Part shown: piece by piece, positions 24,949-39,908 of the stretch | Layout: each line of letters opens with the position of its first letter | Numbering within the stretch: position 1 is the first letter of the stretch | NCBI RefSeq assembly: GCF_009914755.1 | Contig: NC_060947.1 | Source: the human T2T-CHM13v2.0 reference genome, Homo sapiens | Direction: 5' to 3' (one strand) | Length of the DNA stretch: 64,000 nucleotides | Made by a program: the position numbers and the translations under genes | The notes under the pieces: model-generated | What the model saw: only the letters and a program-made list of their open reading frames with translations | Told to the model about the DNA's origin: nothing | The model's database searches: none

Positions 24949-26969
24949 CTTACCACGTTTCAGGCTCTAGGCTTAGGTTATCTTAAAATAAGAGATCTAT
25001 ACTTTGTAAACTTCACTGTTTTACACTCTTTATATTTTCCTTTATTTATTTCCTTTGAGGATTTTGCCTGACTTCAGCAATATTTCTTTTGAAAACCCCA
25101 GTATCACTTCCGCTGAGGGTTCTTGGCTTTATCTATACTAAGGTTATCATCTTCAAAGGGCAACAAGGACCTGTGGGAGGACAGGCATGCTGGTAGCAGT
25201 AAACATCATGTAAGTGGACTTCAAGAAGAATAGAAATCCTCATTGTAGCAAATTACTATCGCTTGATCCTCTTGAACTATCCTTACCCACTAGAGGTTCC
25301 TTTCAGAACTTGCAGGACTTTGTGCTTTGCTTTAACTAAAAGGATATTTCATTTTATGTGGAAATTTGTTCCTTTATATATCCTGAATTTATTTGACTTT
25401 GTTTTGCAGAATATCTATCAGGTAGAGCTTAGGTCCATACTGATAATAAGTCATGTAGTACATGGCATTCTTACAGATGACACCTTGATATGTTGACACT
25501 TTGTTTTCTATAAAAATATAATATGTCCCTGGACTTGAAAATAGTCTCTAGATAAAGACAAAACAGTTACATTTATCCAGGGTGCTCTGGACACCATAAA
25601 TTACTTCATAGAAAACCTGGCTTTCAGAAATAATGCACCCCAGATGGAGAAACTTCATTTTAAAGGACACTCAAGGCCAAATCAACCATCTTGATTCGAC
25701 AGATGTTGCTTAGCACAGTGTTTACAATACCAATTTCCACATCTGAATTTTGTTGCTTTAAGTAATCATGTACGTACTGGGGAAAATAAATGAAAGTCTA
25801 CACAAAACTGATCTCCCGTATGTGGTTTTAAATAACCGTCAAAGATGAAATGGAAGCATAGGTGCTGAACTTCCCTGTAAATTCCTACATCACAAAAATA
25901 TGCAGCATTTTTAGACTAGTCCTCCCCCACTCCTGAGTTTCTGCATTTAAAAAGACAATAGTGAAAAATATCAATATATACTTTTGTTCTAAATAAATCT
26001 GTTAATATTTTAAAATGGTAACAACAAAATAAGAAATAAGTTGCTTGAATCCAGAATGATTTTAGAGTTCTCTGTAAACATACCACATGTATGCCAGACT
26101 ATTTTGAACCAATATTTGTGTTTTATTCTGATTGATTGTTGTGTTTCATCTTCTATTGTACAATTCACAATTTTCTCATACCTCAAATATTTAATTTTCC
26201 TGCTTATTCTTGAAGTCTATTCTTGAAAGCAGAGATTTCCTCTGTAGTTTAAATAATCAGCCAACTCATAGTGCCCCTGGGACCCTGAAAGGCATTCTAT
26301 ATTACCTATTATAGTCTCTGTTCAGGCACTCTCCTCCCTCTCTAGGTTTATGGTAATAGCACAAACAAGCACAGAAACGAATGGTAATAGAAAAACAAAC
26401 ATGTACACAAAATCATGGTGTCCCAATCTTCTATTTGCTCTCACCCACATTTCCTTCAGCTAGAAGCTTATGTTATTGAACATGGGAGGAACGGCCATGT
26501 ATTAAGTATTTAACAATACTTAATACTGATACTGTATTATTTAACAATACTTAATACTGATACTGTATTAAGTAGATACAGCTGATCCTTTTGGCTTATG
26601 TCTGCATGGTTATATCAAAGAGCATTATAAAAGTATCCATCAGTGGAAATGACCCTTCCAGTGTACTCAAGGAGAAAATTTCTGTAACTGCCTAATAATC
26701 TAAAACATATTTTTCTTTCCTGTAAATACTGACAGCATTTATAAAGGTTATAAGGTTGAAATTAAAAAGATATTTGTAAAAAAAAAAAAGAAATAAACAT
26801 GCTTATTGACCTAAAATCACATGGAAAAATGTCTTATCTAAGTGTGTGGGGCACCTGCCATTAATGTTATCTTTCCAGTAAGTGGTCTCCAAAGTATACA
26901 CCTTTCTCTAGTTTCTCGACCACTGCCTGGGTGAAACTCTAATGACAATAGTGGAATTTCACATTAATT

Positions 26970-27112
26970 TGCATAATTCTTGATCAATGTCTTTCTCCTC
27001 CAGTATATGATAAATTTCCTATCATAGGGGCCACATCAGTTTTGTTCATTGCCATATCCTCTGTGCCAAGCCAAGAATAATATCTGGCTTACAGTAAGTG
27101 TTCCATTAATGT
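26970..27112 (+). mobile_element. L2 3' end fragment
   Basis: gttttgttcattgccatatcc...tctggcttacagtaagtgttccattaatg. Confidence 0.65.
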
Positions 27113-27209
27113 AAAGGAAGGCAATACTTCTATGAAGTGGGAAGTTAGGGAACTATGATCCACAGTTACTGGAAATTTGAAAGTTTAAAAGTCCAAATGT
27201 AGGGGGTTC

Positions 27210-27480
27210 TGTGGAGGGCAGAATTTGGCCTGCCAAAATGTCCACATCTTAATCCAGGAAACCTGTGGATAAGTGACCTTACATGCCAAAAGGAACATGG
27301 AAGATGTAATGAATTTACTAATCCTGAGATCAGGAGAGTATCCTGGATTATCCAGGTGAGTCTAATGTAATCACAAATACAAGAGAGAGGAAGAAGCCAG
27401 AGTGATGCAAGAGGGGAGGGTCTGAAGCTCTCCATTGCTGTCTTTGAAGATAGAAGAAGGGATCATAAGCAAAGGAATGC
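27210..27480 (+). mobile_element. MLT1D-like LTR, 5' part
   Basis: tgtggagggcagaat...aaatgtccacatcttaatcc...gagtatcctggattatccaggtgagtctaatgtaatcaca. Confidence 0.8.
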
Positions 27481-28137
27481 AAAACACTGAGATGAGTTTC
27501 ATTTTTAAAAGCACAGCACGTAGAATCACAAAGCACAGGATAAGTTTTGTTTGAAAAAGCATGCGTACTTCTGTCATTCAAGATCTCCTGCTCAGTGCTG
27601 GCAAAGTGTCACCCATGACACTAAGCCTCCATTCTCACAACTAACACTCTTGAAGCTTCACATCTTTTGCCCTACATGTACCCCAAAAGAAAATTGTATG
27701 CAAATGCAATTGTGCCACTGCTGACATCAGAGAGGGGCACTGCTTTAGAGTACAGGGAGCATTTGAGTGGTAGAAGTCCTTAGGTAACAGAAGAGACAAA
27801 TTAACCCATTTTTCTTCTTTAATAGAATGAATGCAATGGATTTTTCCATAATATGGCTTCCCACAAGTGACAAATTTTGATTTCCTTTTTTTTAAAAAAT
27901 TTATATTTCTAGAAATACACACCAATTAGCATGGTATTCTTAACAGTTACATAGCAACTGAAGAACATTTTTCAATATTAAATGACTCATATTTTCATAG
28001 CTTTCTATTTATATAGGTTTAGAGCTAATATATATAAAGTGTAATATCATTTCTTTACATGAGCAAGAATAGACATTGAAAACTGGAATGGTTTTATTTT
28101 TATAGAACTACTTAATCGCTATTTAAATTAAAAAGTT

Positions 28138-28376
<239 letters not shown>

Positions 28377-28987
28377 GATTATTAATTTAAAAATTAATAA
28401 TTTTTTTAAATTTCCTCTAAAGTTATGTTTTATTTCCCTAACATTGATTTTAGATTTCATATTTATTAATTATAATTCATATATTTTAATTTAATGATGT
28501 TTGAAAATTTAAGAGAAAATAACTTTTGTATACATGGTAACAAATTTTTATTTTTAAAGTACAATTTACATTGTTATTAAAATATACTAAAATTTTGCAC
28601 ACTTTGCAATTTAGTTTCCTAAATCTTTATATCATTATTTTCATTGAATACAAGCTATTCCAAAATCTTGATTGTAACAGCATAATGAAGGATTTTGATG
28701 AAATAAGGGTGAGAAAAACAAATCCCTTTGAATAAACATGTAATAGTTTATTAATAAAGTACAACTTTGTTTTGGTCCCCACCCAAACATTTCCAGTCAA
28801 TAGAGTAAATCCAGATCTGTGTTATATTTTTAGTTCCTTTTGACATTTTAACAACTTTAAGTGATAATAAAAACCATAGCTTTATATTTTTTGATAGAGT
28901 TATTATGGATCTATAGTTGTCAAGATTAGAGAATACAACATATTTAATTTAACTGTTTAATAGGTTGATTTAGAGCTTTAAAATATT

Positions 28988-29152
28988 GCCGGGCGTGGTG
29001 GCTCATGCCTATAATCCCACCACTTTGGGAGGCCAAGGCAGGCAGATCACAAGGTCAGGAGTTCGAGACCAGCCTGACCAACATTTAATAGAGGTGGGTG
29101 AAATCCCACCTCTGGGAGACAGAACAAGACTCTGTCTCAAAAAAAAAAAAAA
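28988..29152 (+). mobile_element. AluSg-like with an internal deletion and a fold-back insertion
   Basis: Left arm runs to caacat, then the last ~30 bp of the right arm and an A tail. TSD core tttaaaatatt on both sides. Confidence 0.9.
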
Positions 29153-29204
29153 GAATTTTAAAATATTTATGCATAATGACCTCCATTTTCTTTCCTGTTC
29201 CAGG

Positions 29205-29296
29205 GTCTTGGAAGTAGCAGACGTAATTATTATTAATCCCATTTTACAGCTAAGGATTCTAGGGCTTAGAAAGGCAAAGAAAGATGTTCCTCAGCC
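29205..29296 (-). mobile_element. MIR fragment
   Basis: attattattaatcccattttacagctaagga...ggcttagaaagg. Confidence 0.6.
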
Positions 29297-29885
29297 AATG
29301 GTGTGCTGGTAAAAAGGCTCTCCAAAATGAGTGAATGAATGAATCATTTTGAAAAATGCTAATTTGTAGCATTTGATGATTTCTGTGGTGTAAATACTCT
29401 CACCAATATTACTTTCAAGATGTCAATATTTCTTCAACCAGCTTTAAAAAATCTCCTGAAAATTTAATAGTCTTTCATAAATGATATGGTTTGGCTTTGT
29501 GTCCTCACCCAACTCTTATCTGGAATCGTAATCCCCACTTGTCAAGGGAGAGACCTGGTTAGACGTGATTGGATCATGGGGTGGTTTCGCCCATGCTGTT
29601 CTCATGATAGTGAGTGAATTCTCATGAGATCTGATGGTTTTATAAGAGGATCTTTTCCCTTCACTCTTCCGTTCTTCTCTCTGCTGCCTTGTGAAGAGGT
29701 GTCTGCTTCCCCTTTGTCTTCCACCATGATTGTAAGTTTCCTGAGGCCTCCCCAGCCATGTGGAACTGTGAGTCAATTAAACCTTTTTTCTTTATAAATT
29801 ACCCAGTCTGGGGTAGTTCTTCATAGCAGTGTGAAAACGGACTAATACAATATATTAGCATAAAGCTAGTTCCAGCACACCACTC
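29297..29885 (-). mobile_element. MER63-like hAT MITE interrupted by a THE1 LTR
   Basis: Terminal inverted repeats (c)aatggtgtgctgg ... ccagcacaccact. Confidence 0.7.
29482..29849 (+). mobile_element. THE1D solo LTR
   Basis: tgatatggtttgg...ggactaataca; flanks ataaa/atata (4/5 match). Confidence 0.93.
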
Positions 29886-30112
29886 CCAAGTCACAGGACT
29901 AGTAAAGTGATTGAAGCAGATGTTTGCTCCTGAGCTGTCCTTGGACAACAGGGCACTGTCCCTCAGCCATGAGCATATGCTTCTTGTGTCTCAGTTCCAT
30001 GGTCTTCTATTTACGAATTGGGAAACGACCTCATTAGCCTACCTGTGCTGAGACCTTTTAAATCCTACTCTCCTACCCACTATGAGTTTGGAGGAACTAA
30101 ACACAAAATATT

Positions 30113-30313
30113 CAGTCATGCATCACTACAGCATTGTTCATGATTTTGTTGTTGTGCGAACATCAGAATATACTTACATAGACTAGATGGTATAGCTTAC
30201 TACACATGTAGGCTGTATATTATAACTTGCTTCTAGGCCACAAACCTGTACAGCATGTTACTGTACTGAATACTGTAGACAAGTGCAGCACAATGGTAAG
30301 TATTTGTGTATCT
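30113..30313 (+). mobile_element. Tigger3 (MER7/Golem) 5' fragment
   Basis: cagtcatgcatc...ttgtgcgaacatc...acaaacctgtacagcatgttactgtactgaatactgtag...atggtaagtatttgtgtatct. Confidence 0.85.
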
Positions 30314-30989
30314 GAGGTTTAGATGCTGACATTAGGGCTGTACCTTATTGGGATTTCAGCTGAGTCCCTTGTTGTTATTTAGCTATGTTGCTACTTCATT
30401 TGCATTTCAAATGAAAAGCCAGAAACTGCTCCCTTTTATCCAGAATTTTCATCACCACATATTTACAGATTAAAGTCCACCAAGAGCAAGGTCACTTGTG
30501 CATTATTTGGAATGCAGAAGATATATAGAGGACATTATTTTCAGGAGGCAATTACAGGCAGACATGGGAAGACAAGGGGTTTGAAACCACTCAGTGGGAG
30601 AGTTTCTTCAGAATCACTTGCATCCTGAGGGATTTCCAGGAAAACACTTAAGAACAACCTGCTTTGGTCTTTTGTTACTGGCTACACTGTCAGTAGCGAC
30701 TTCCTTGGTCTCTTCTCCAGCACTTTTGATTCTTGTATTAATTCTCCTAAGTCTGATAGAAACAAACAAACAAAAAAAACCAACCTTCACACTAAGAGTA
30801 TATCCAGCAGCTTCTATTTTCCTGATTAAACCTTGACTGATAGAGAATTCTAGGTGAAAAGGGCTTTCTCCCATTCTCCTTGTATAGTTTCTAAAACAAT
30901 AACATTTCCAAGACTATTTCATTTCATAAGTAATTTTGCTAGATGTGAAATTGTTATTTTAATTACAGAATATTACAGTCAGCCATCTT

Positions 30990-31170
30990 TTCAATGCATA
31001 CATGACATTATTTCACATGTGTACACACCGTAGTTTATCCCTATTCCTATTGATGAACATTTGAAAATATTTTCCAGTTTTCAGCTATGTTATACACCGC
31101 TGTGATTAACGTCTGTGCACTTCAATATCTGTCTGAATTTTGTATTTTTCCTTAGCACAAATTCTTGTCC
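30990..31170 (-). mobile_element. Old L1ME fragment
   Basis: tagtttatccctattcctattgatgaacatttg...tttccagtttt. Confidence 0.6.
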
Positions 31171-31219
31171 TGAATATAACTATTTGGAAACAACTTTTGT
31201 CTCTTCTGCTCAAAATACC

Positions 31220-32430
<1,211 letters not shown>

Positions 32431-32444
32431 GATATGTTTAGGTG

Positions 32445-32700
32445 GATCAGGGTCATCTGTGGCGTACTCTGGCTACTGCCTACATCAGAGTTATCTGCTA
32501 TCTCTTAGAAATGTACATACCAAAATAGTACCTCAGACCTGATGAAACGGACTATCTGTGAGAAGTACTTACGAAATTTCCATTTTGAACAGGCTACCCA
32601 GGTGATTTCTTTGCACACTAAAACATAAAAATCATGGTCTACAGATAGTCTATATCAGGAATCCTCATCCTGGGTGCATATTGGAATTACTTGGACAGAT
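32445..32700. mobile_element. MER5-type hAT MITE(s)
   Basis: cctcagacctgatgaa...attttgaacaggctacccaggtgatt...cacactaaa...atcatggtcta. Confidence 0.6.
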
Positions 32701-32849
32701 CAATTATATACAGTACATATGCCAAGGATCATTCCTGAACATTTGGTTTGACTCCTTCCTAGCCACTTGGTCTCAGTTTCTCCCCATCTTCTGCTATGTA
32801 TGGGAATCCACTCCCCAAATTAGCATAACAATTCTTAATTGTTTGAAAT

Positions 32850-33225
32850 TCCTCAGATGTGCCATCCTGCTTTACCCTACTAGCTGTCCCTATCCTGCAG
32901 TACTGTAAGCAATCCATTTTCACTTGGCTAGCCTCTGCTCAGTCTCTAAGACTCAGTTGAGATATCCTCTCTTCCAGGAAGCTTTCCCTGATGCCCCTCA
33001 ACCCTCTATATTGGTTGATCCTTCTTTGTGCTTCTGCTGGTTCTTCATATATCAAAGCACATAGGTCATTGCGTTGGAATTAGCAGTTTGCATGTCTGCT
33101 TCTCTACTAGTGGATGAAGTCCTCAAGATTCTGTTTTATTTTATTCTTCTTTCTAGTTCCCTAAATCTTATACTGTGCCGACCTTGCAGTAAGCCTGTAG
33201 GATGTGCTGTGTTTGTTGAACTGAA
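32850..33225 (+). mobile_element. L2 3' fragment
   Basis: aagactcagttgagatatcctctcttccaggaagctttccctga...gtttgttgaactgaactg. Confidence 0.75.
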
Positions 33226-33435
33226 CTGGATTTTGGCTCCTCTACTTATTAGTACTATGTATTTGTGCAAATCAATTGACGTCTTTGAGTGTCAGTTCTT
33301 TAATCCGTGACTCAGAGATGTTTTCTGTCCTGCCTGCATTGTATCATGGAGTTGTTATGCAGATTACATGAGATTAAAGATGAGAGAATGCTTTGTTTAA
33401 TATAAACCACTATTAAGCCATGAGTTAGTGATTAT
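33226..33435 (+). mobile_element. MIR
   Basis: ggctcctctacttattag...tctttgagtgtcagttc...gagttgttatgcagatta. Confidence 0.65.
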
Positions 33436-34934
33436 TACAAAATGATGGTATTAAGTAGAATATTGTATTTGCATGAGGATTTTGACTTTGGACGATAAAT
33501 GATGGTGTCATCATTGCTCAAAATACTTGTGGATTTCATCTTGTTGCACTATCTTTGCTGATTTATGATGACGGTAATCTGAATGTTTGAAGGCTGCACC
33601 AGTCTTGAATACAATCACACTGATACTTGGCTCTAGGCATCCATGAAGTGTTATGACTGTGTTTCCTTCCTTGTGGGCCTGGGTGGTTTACGATGCTCCT
33701 AGGCAGCCATCGCAATTTTCAGATCCTTCAAAATCAGCATCCTTTCATGCAATTCCTACAGCTGTGTTCTATATTCCTGAAGGGGAAGATGGCTTTCTGC
33801 CAAGGAATTATAGCCATTTCAATCAACCTTGAGACATTAAATAACTGTAGATCTTACAGTCTCAGAAAGATTCCCTGATTCTTTCAACTTCCTGAGCCCT
33901 TCTGTGAATAAACGTAAGTAAGTTACATTGGAACACCATCTTCCTGATCTACCTGCTTATGTCCACCACGAACCTTTATTCCAAAGTGGAGACTAACTTT
34001 CTCTTCCCTTGAGGTGAGTCCCCAGTATTATCAGAGTATCCTTTTCATTTTCCTACTGTGGACAGCGTTGGAGAAATTTTGATCCCCAAGTTATATGTCT
34101 TTTTGTTCCATGTCCTAGGGCTCCCCAAATCCCTTTAAGTCAGAGACTAAAGCTGCAGCCTTTTTTGACTGGCTCAGTATCTTTCATATAGTAGATACTT
34201 GACAAATATTTGCTGAATTGAATCACTAAAACTCTGTTCTCATTATTATACAGTCATACTTCATATACTAAACCAAAGATCTTCTTCCTTGTTACAGAAA
34301 TAATTTCAATTACACATATTTTCAAAAACCAAGGTTGAAATTGAATATTTACTTTTTCCCCAAAGCAAGGAACTCTAAGAAAAATGTGTGATACCCACTT
34401 GCCATACAAATGTGCTCTCCTTACACACTATTCTATGCTTGACCCAGTACAAGGAGGCAAAGTACAGTGAGGGTGTTTTTTTTTTTTTCTTTCCAGTAAT
34501 TAGTTTAAATACATACCAATCCAGACTCTGTTATTTGTCTTCCTTACTCCTGTGGCCTGTAGTTTCAGAGCCAGTATCTAGATCTGAAAAACACTGGAAA
34601 CCTAATTAATTCAAATGGGGAATCACAAGTAGGTCAGGTCCAATGCCATATCCCGAGATTCTTAGATGGAAGAATATACCTGAGGTCTGTTCAGATTTCA
34701 GGGGGCAAGCCTAAAACCTCCAAAGAAAGGTCTGCTTTTCTGCATAATACAAGCACATCACCTGCAAGTAATCTGAGACGTTAAAAAGCAAATTAAAAAA
34801 GAGTGGCAGAGCAGCTGATTCTGTAGACTTTCTTCTGACCAGCTTCACAACCCTTTAGAGGCAGATGGGACACTAAAGAATGTCTAGTCCCATTGTCTGC
34901 TTTTACGTACAGGTGACACGGGACTTGAGTGAGC

Positions 34935-35130
34935 ACAGCACAGCAGTTATGGGCATGGACCAAGGAGCCTCATGCAAATCCCAGCTCCAAACCTCACAAA
35001 CTGTGTGAGCTTGGGAACGCCCTTCGAGTTTCCTGATCCTTATCTCTCAGGTGGATCAAATGAGCTAAAGAGTCTGATGCAGTGGCCTGACGGGCAAAGC
35101 CGGTGGGTGCCTGTCGACAGGGATCTAGCT
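34935..35130 (+). mobile_element. MIR (internally deleted)
   Basis: caaatcccagctcca...actgtgtgagcttgggaa. Confidence 0.6.
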
Positions 35131-35589
35131 GTTGCTTTTGTCAGTCTTTGTCTCCTCAGCTAAGGACTGTGTTCCGGAGTTCCCAGGACTATGTTCCTTC
35201 CCTCTCCTGAACCTCCAGGAACCACAAGCACCCGCCAAGCTTCGTTCCTGAGGTCAGGTTCAGGCACTGCTGACTGTGCCACAGCCAGCAGGTGACCAGG
35301 GAGCAGTGCTGGATGGCTTCTGTATGGGAGAATAACTTCACCCCGCATTGGAATGCAGGACTTCAGTGAGCCACAGTGAGGGACTTGAGTGTAAAAGGAG
35401 AAGCAGGTAAGTCTCGGCAATCTGAGGCAGAAACTATCCCTAAAGAGGGAGTTAGTTGTCCAAGTCCCATGAGAGAAAAGTGACAGTGTGCCAGGTGATA
35501 GTATGGCAAGGTAACAGTGGGGAGGATAGAGGGAGGGCAGCAGTGTATTGGGGTGCAGGACTTGGTGGGTGCATGGAGAAGTGGGGTTT

Positions 35590-36046
35590 CACTCCACTCT
35601 GCTTCAACCACACTGGACTCCTTGCTGCCCCTGGATCGTGCCAGGCTCATTCCCTAATTAGGGCCTTTGCACTGGCTGCTGCTTCATACTGGGATGATTC
35701 TTCTCTATACATCCATGGCACTGACCCTCTTACACCTTTTAGGTCAAATGCCACCTTTTCACTGAGGCCTATGCTGGATACCTTTTTGAAAATTGCAGGC
35801 TTCCCTCACCCCGAGGCACATCCATTTTGCTCTACCCTACTGTATTTTTTCTTTATTCCACAGAACTCATCACCTCCTAACCTATTATATAATTAACTCA
35901 TTCTTTGTGCCTATGGTCTCTTGTCTGCCTCATGCCACTAGAAGGTTAGGACAATAATCTTTCTTTTGTTCACTGATATGTTTCACACTTCTGGAATAGT
36001 GCTTTGTTCAAAGCAGATACTTCAAAAATGTTTCCTGAATGAATGA
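35590..36046 (+). mobile_element. L2 3' end
   Basis: cacactggactccttgctg...agggcctttgcactggctg...tgaatgaatgaa terminus. Confidence 0.85.
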
Positions 36047-36389
36047 AGGCCTATCACAATATAACACAGGGCTATGTATTTTTTATAGCCTAGAATGGAC
36101 ACGTACACACATATGTATACACATGCATGTGTGTATATCAAAATTATGCCATCTTAAGCTTTGATATTCCATTAGTAATGTTAATTGTGACTGATTTCAC
36201 AAGTATTACTTACTCCAATATTTTAGAACTACTTCCAAATAAATGTAGTGGAATTAAATACTAGAAGTGTGTTGTTCAGTGGCCATGGATCATAAAAGTT
36301 TTGGAAGATCTGGTTATGTAATTGAATAGATTACATTCCAGATTAAATAACTGCAACTTTTACATTCTAACACTTTATAATACTAACAG

Positions 36390-37315
36390 TCTATAACAAT
36401 TCTCATCGTAACTATATACAACTATAGCTATAGCCAAAAACTATAATTATAAATACACCTATAACTAACTAATCCTATAACTCTGTATTACTATACCCAT
36501 AATCAACTTTACAACTACAGCCAACCACGAGTACACCAAACCTAAGTATAACTAACCACAACTCCAATTAGCCATAACTAGAGACCACAACTAGTTATTA
36601 TCCACAGCCAGTAACCACAACTTGTTAACAAGAACACATAGTAACCACAACTACGTAGAAGCCACAAAACAGCAACTACAAAGTAGAAACCATGAGTACT
36701 TAGCACCCACAAAGCAGAATCATAACTAGTTTGTAGTCACAAATTCACAATCACAACTTGTTATCACCCCCAACAAGGTAACCAGCACTAGTCAACAGTC
36801 AGAAGTAACTACAACATTTTAGTAGCAACACATTGTAGCCATGACTAGTTAGTAGTCACGAACTGGTAAGTACAAGCTATTCTCAACCCAGCCACCCCAA
36901 CTACTTAATGATCACAAACTGGAAAACTTCAACTAGTTAGTAGCCCAACATGGTAACCAGAACTCATTAGCAGCCACAAATTGGCATCGGCTACTAATCA
37001 TTAACCAGTTGGTTAACTATGACTAGTTAGCAGCCACAATCCAGTAACTACCACTAGTTTTTAGCCACAGCACAGTAACCACAACTAGTTAGTAACTGTG
37101 CCTAGTAACAATGAATAGTTAACAGTTGTAAACCAGAAACTGCAACTAGTTTGTAGCTACAACCAGCAACCACAACTAGTTAGAACTTATAACTATAATA
37201 CTAGCCATAATTGATCATAACTATAGCTGGTAACCATAAAAGGTAGTATTTGTGACCAACCATAACTAATCATAGCTAACTATATGACTATGAGTATCAT
37301 GAAATATAACTACTA
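36390..37315. repeat. Degenerate ~30-bp minisatellite (consensus about GTAACCACAACTAGTTAGCAGCCACAAACCA) flanked by ACTATA-type hexamer tracts
   Basis: ACTAGT at 37022, 37053, 37084, 37145 and 37175; (A/G)ACCACA at 36554, 36583, 36613 and 36643. Spacing is 29-31 bp. Confidence 0.8.
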
Positions 37316-39308
37316 CTTTAACAAATTTGAAAACAAATCTGATGGTACAGAAACTGCCTACATAAAGCATTCTGGAAATATATTTAGATGCATTTGGTGT
37401 TAGGATATGTAGGAATCCTACATATGTAGGAATGTGAGGAAGAAGGGAATGTCGAGTGCTTTGGGAAAGCTGGACTGTCAATAGTGTGTGTAGGTTCTGC
37501 TCTGAGGTGTATGCTCTTTATGAAAGGCTGCTATTCTGGGGGCTACTCCTTGGGTAAAACAAAGGCAAAGTAGTCAACCTTTAGTCTATGATTAGTTCAA
37601 GGCTGGGAGTTTCATTTACTGGGGCTGAAGCAGAGAGAATGACTGTTAGTTCTAAGAATAGGGCCTGGTGAAATGACACAAATAAAGGCTGACTGCTCAT
37701 GTATGTAAGTTTAATTATTGTAAGAGATGGGTTTGGGGAAGTAGTAATATCCATTGAAAAGCATTTATCAATCCAGGGAGGCAGAACAGGGCACATATGT
37801 AATTGCGTGTTTTGTTGAAAGAGGTTTTTTTGTTCTATTTTTATTTTTATTTTTTTAAGTAGCTAATAATGGAGAAAGAGAGTGAGATAGGAGCAAAAAT
37901 TTGGTTCTATATGGGCATTGCTTTACTCAGCTTAGAGCCACTTCAGATTACATGGCTCTTCTCTGTCCTGGGACTAGCTATGCATACAACAAAAATGTCT
38001 TATGGCATTCTAATTATGTTGGAGCAGAGATTATCAATGGATCATCTGTTGGCCTACTCTTCAACAGGTCCTCCTCTTCAAAGTGAATTGGCTCCCATTC
38101 AAGGCTGAATAGCACTGGGCTGACATTGGTAAGTCTTCTGGAGAAGGTTTCTGAATGTGTGGGAAATCAGACAACTAATGACTTTTAGCAACCCATGTTG
38201 CCTCTACTCTTCCTTTGTACTTGCTTTTTTCTGGAACATGCTCTCACCCATGGTTATCAAGTACACGTAACAATTGGGATGAAGTCGTCCTCATGCCCAC
38301 TAGAGTGAGCTTGTGGCAATACTATTTTACAGTGGGATGGCCACATTCTCTAACTTTATGTCTTGACTCTGTGTTAGGGTAGATTGGGGTTAGGATATGG
38401 AGTAATATTTGGTGTGGCATTGGATTCAGTGGTCACTGGTAGGAGTATCTGGGAAGTACCTGGGTTGTCTCAGTTGTGTACTTGGAGTAAGGACTGCAGA
38501 CCAGGTAAACCAATCACGAAGTTGTGAACATCTGGCCTCTAATTAGTTTGGAGAATGAACTTGCAATGGCTTGGTAACAGAAGAGACATGAGGTAGGCAG
38601 ATGCTAACAGATGAGGTTGAGTGACAGCCAATCACAGAACTGTGGCATGGAGGAGAGGAACCATATTTGGAGGTGGGAGTGGGGAACAATGATCAGAGAT
38701 CAGGTGTCCTTGAGAGGAGCTTCTTTTACTGTGTGCCATTGAGGAATGGAGTGGTAAGATAAGACAGACCCAAGCAGGATCCCCCTGAACCTGGGAAGTG
38801 GCTGCCTTGGGGCTATTATCATACTTTCAGGTGCTACCCTGAGAAGATTCATATCTGATGGAAGTTAAAGAGTGTGAGATTTTTCAAAAAAAAGCAGAAA
38901 TGCCTTCTGTATACCTGGCAGCAGTAATTTATATTATGTGACTACAAAAGCAGAACTTTTTGAATAATAAAAATTAAAATGCGCACATATTCAACGCAAG
39001 GGACAACTATGATGTCACCAAAAATGGAATGATTGTCCCACATAGTTGAAAGCAATCTGCCACTGGACATGCTTAAAGAAAGGCTGAACAAACAGCTTTC
39101 ATGGATTCTGTAATCTGAGTTAGATGTTTGGATGGATGACTTTTGTAGCCTTCTTACTCTGAAATAATATGATCCTTATGTGATGAAAATGATAAAATGA
39201 TAGATTCACTAAGGCAGCCATGTAATAGTTACCAAATTCCATCCATGTTTCTCCATCCCATAGCACATTCTTATTCCTCTTGTTACTTGATTTTTTTAAT
39301 AGCAATGA

Positions 39309-39712
<404 letters not shown>

Positions 39713-39818
39713 TCCTCCTCCTTTTCTGATTGCTCTTTTTCCATCTCCTTTGCTGGATCCTCCTCATCTCCTCAGCTTGAAAACATTGAAGTGTCCAGGA
39801 CTTGAATGTTTTCACTTT

Positions 39819-39908
39819 TCTCCTATCCAAGTACTAACCAGGCCTGACCCTGCTTAGCTTCCAAGATCAGCTGAGATAAGGCACATTCAGAGTGGTATAG
39901 CTCTAGAC
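39819..39908 (-). pseudogene. 5S rRNA retropseudogene, 3'-truncated (nt 1 to about 90), tailless
   Basis: The reverse complement reads GTCTAGAGCTATACCACTCTGAATGTGCC...GGAAGCTAAGCAGGGTCAGGCCTGGTTAGTACTTGGATAGGAGA, matching mammalian 5S. 15-bp TSD with 13/15 identity. Confidence 0.95.

Noticed and set aside
36390-37315. Mucin-like Thr/Ser-rich exon
   Set aside because: The consensus unit has an in-frame TAG, and the track shows no ORF of 60 aa or more over the repeat core.
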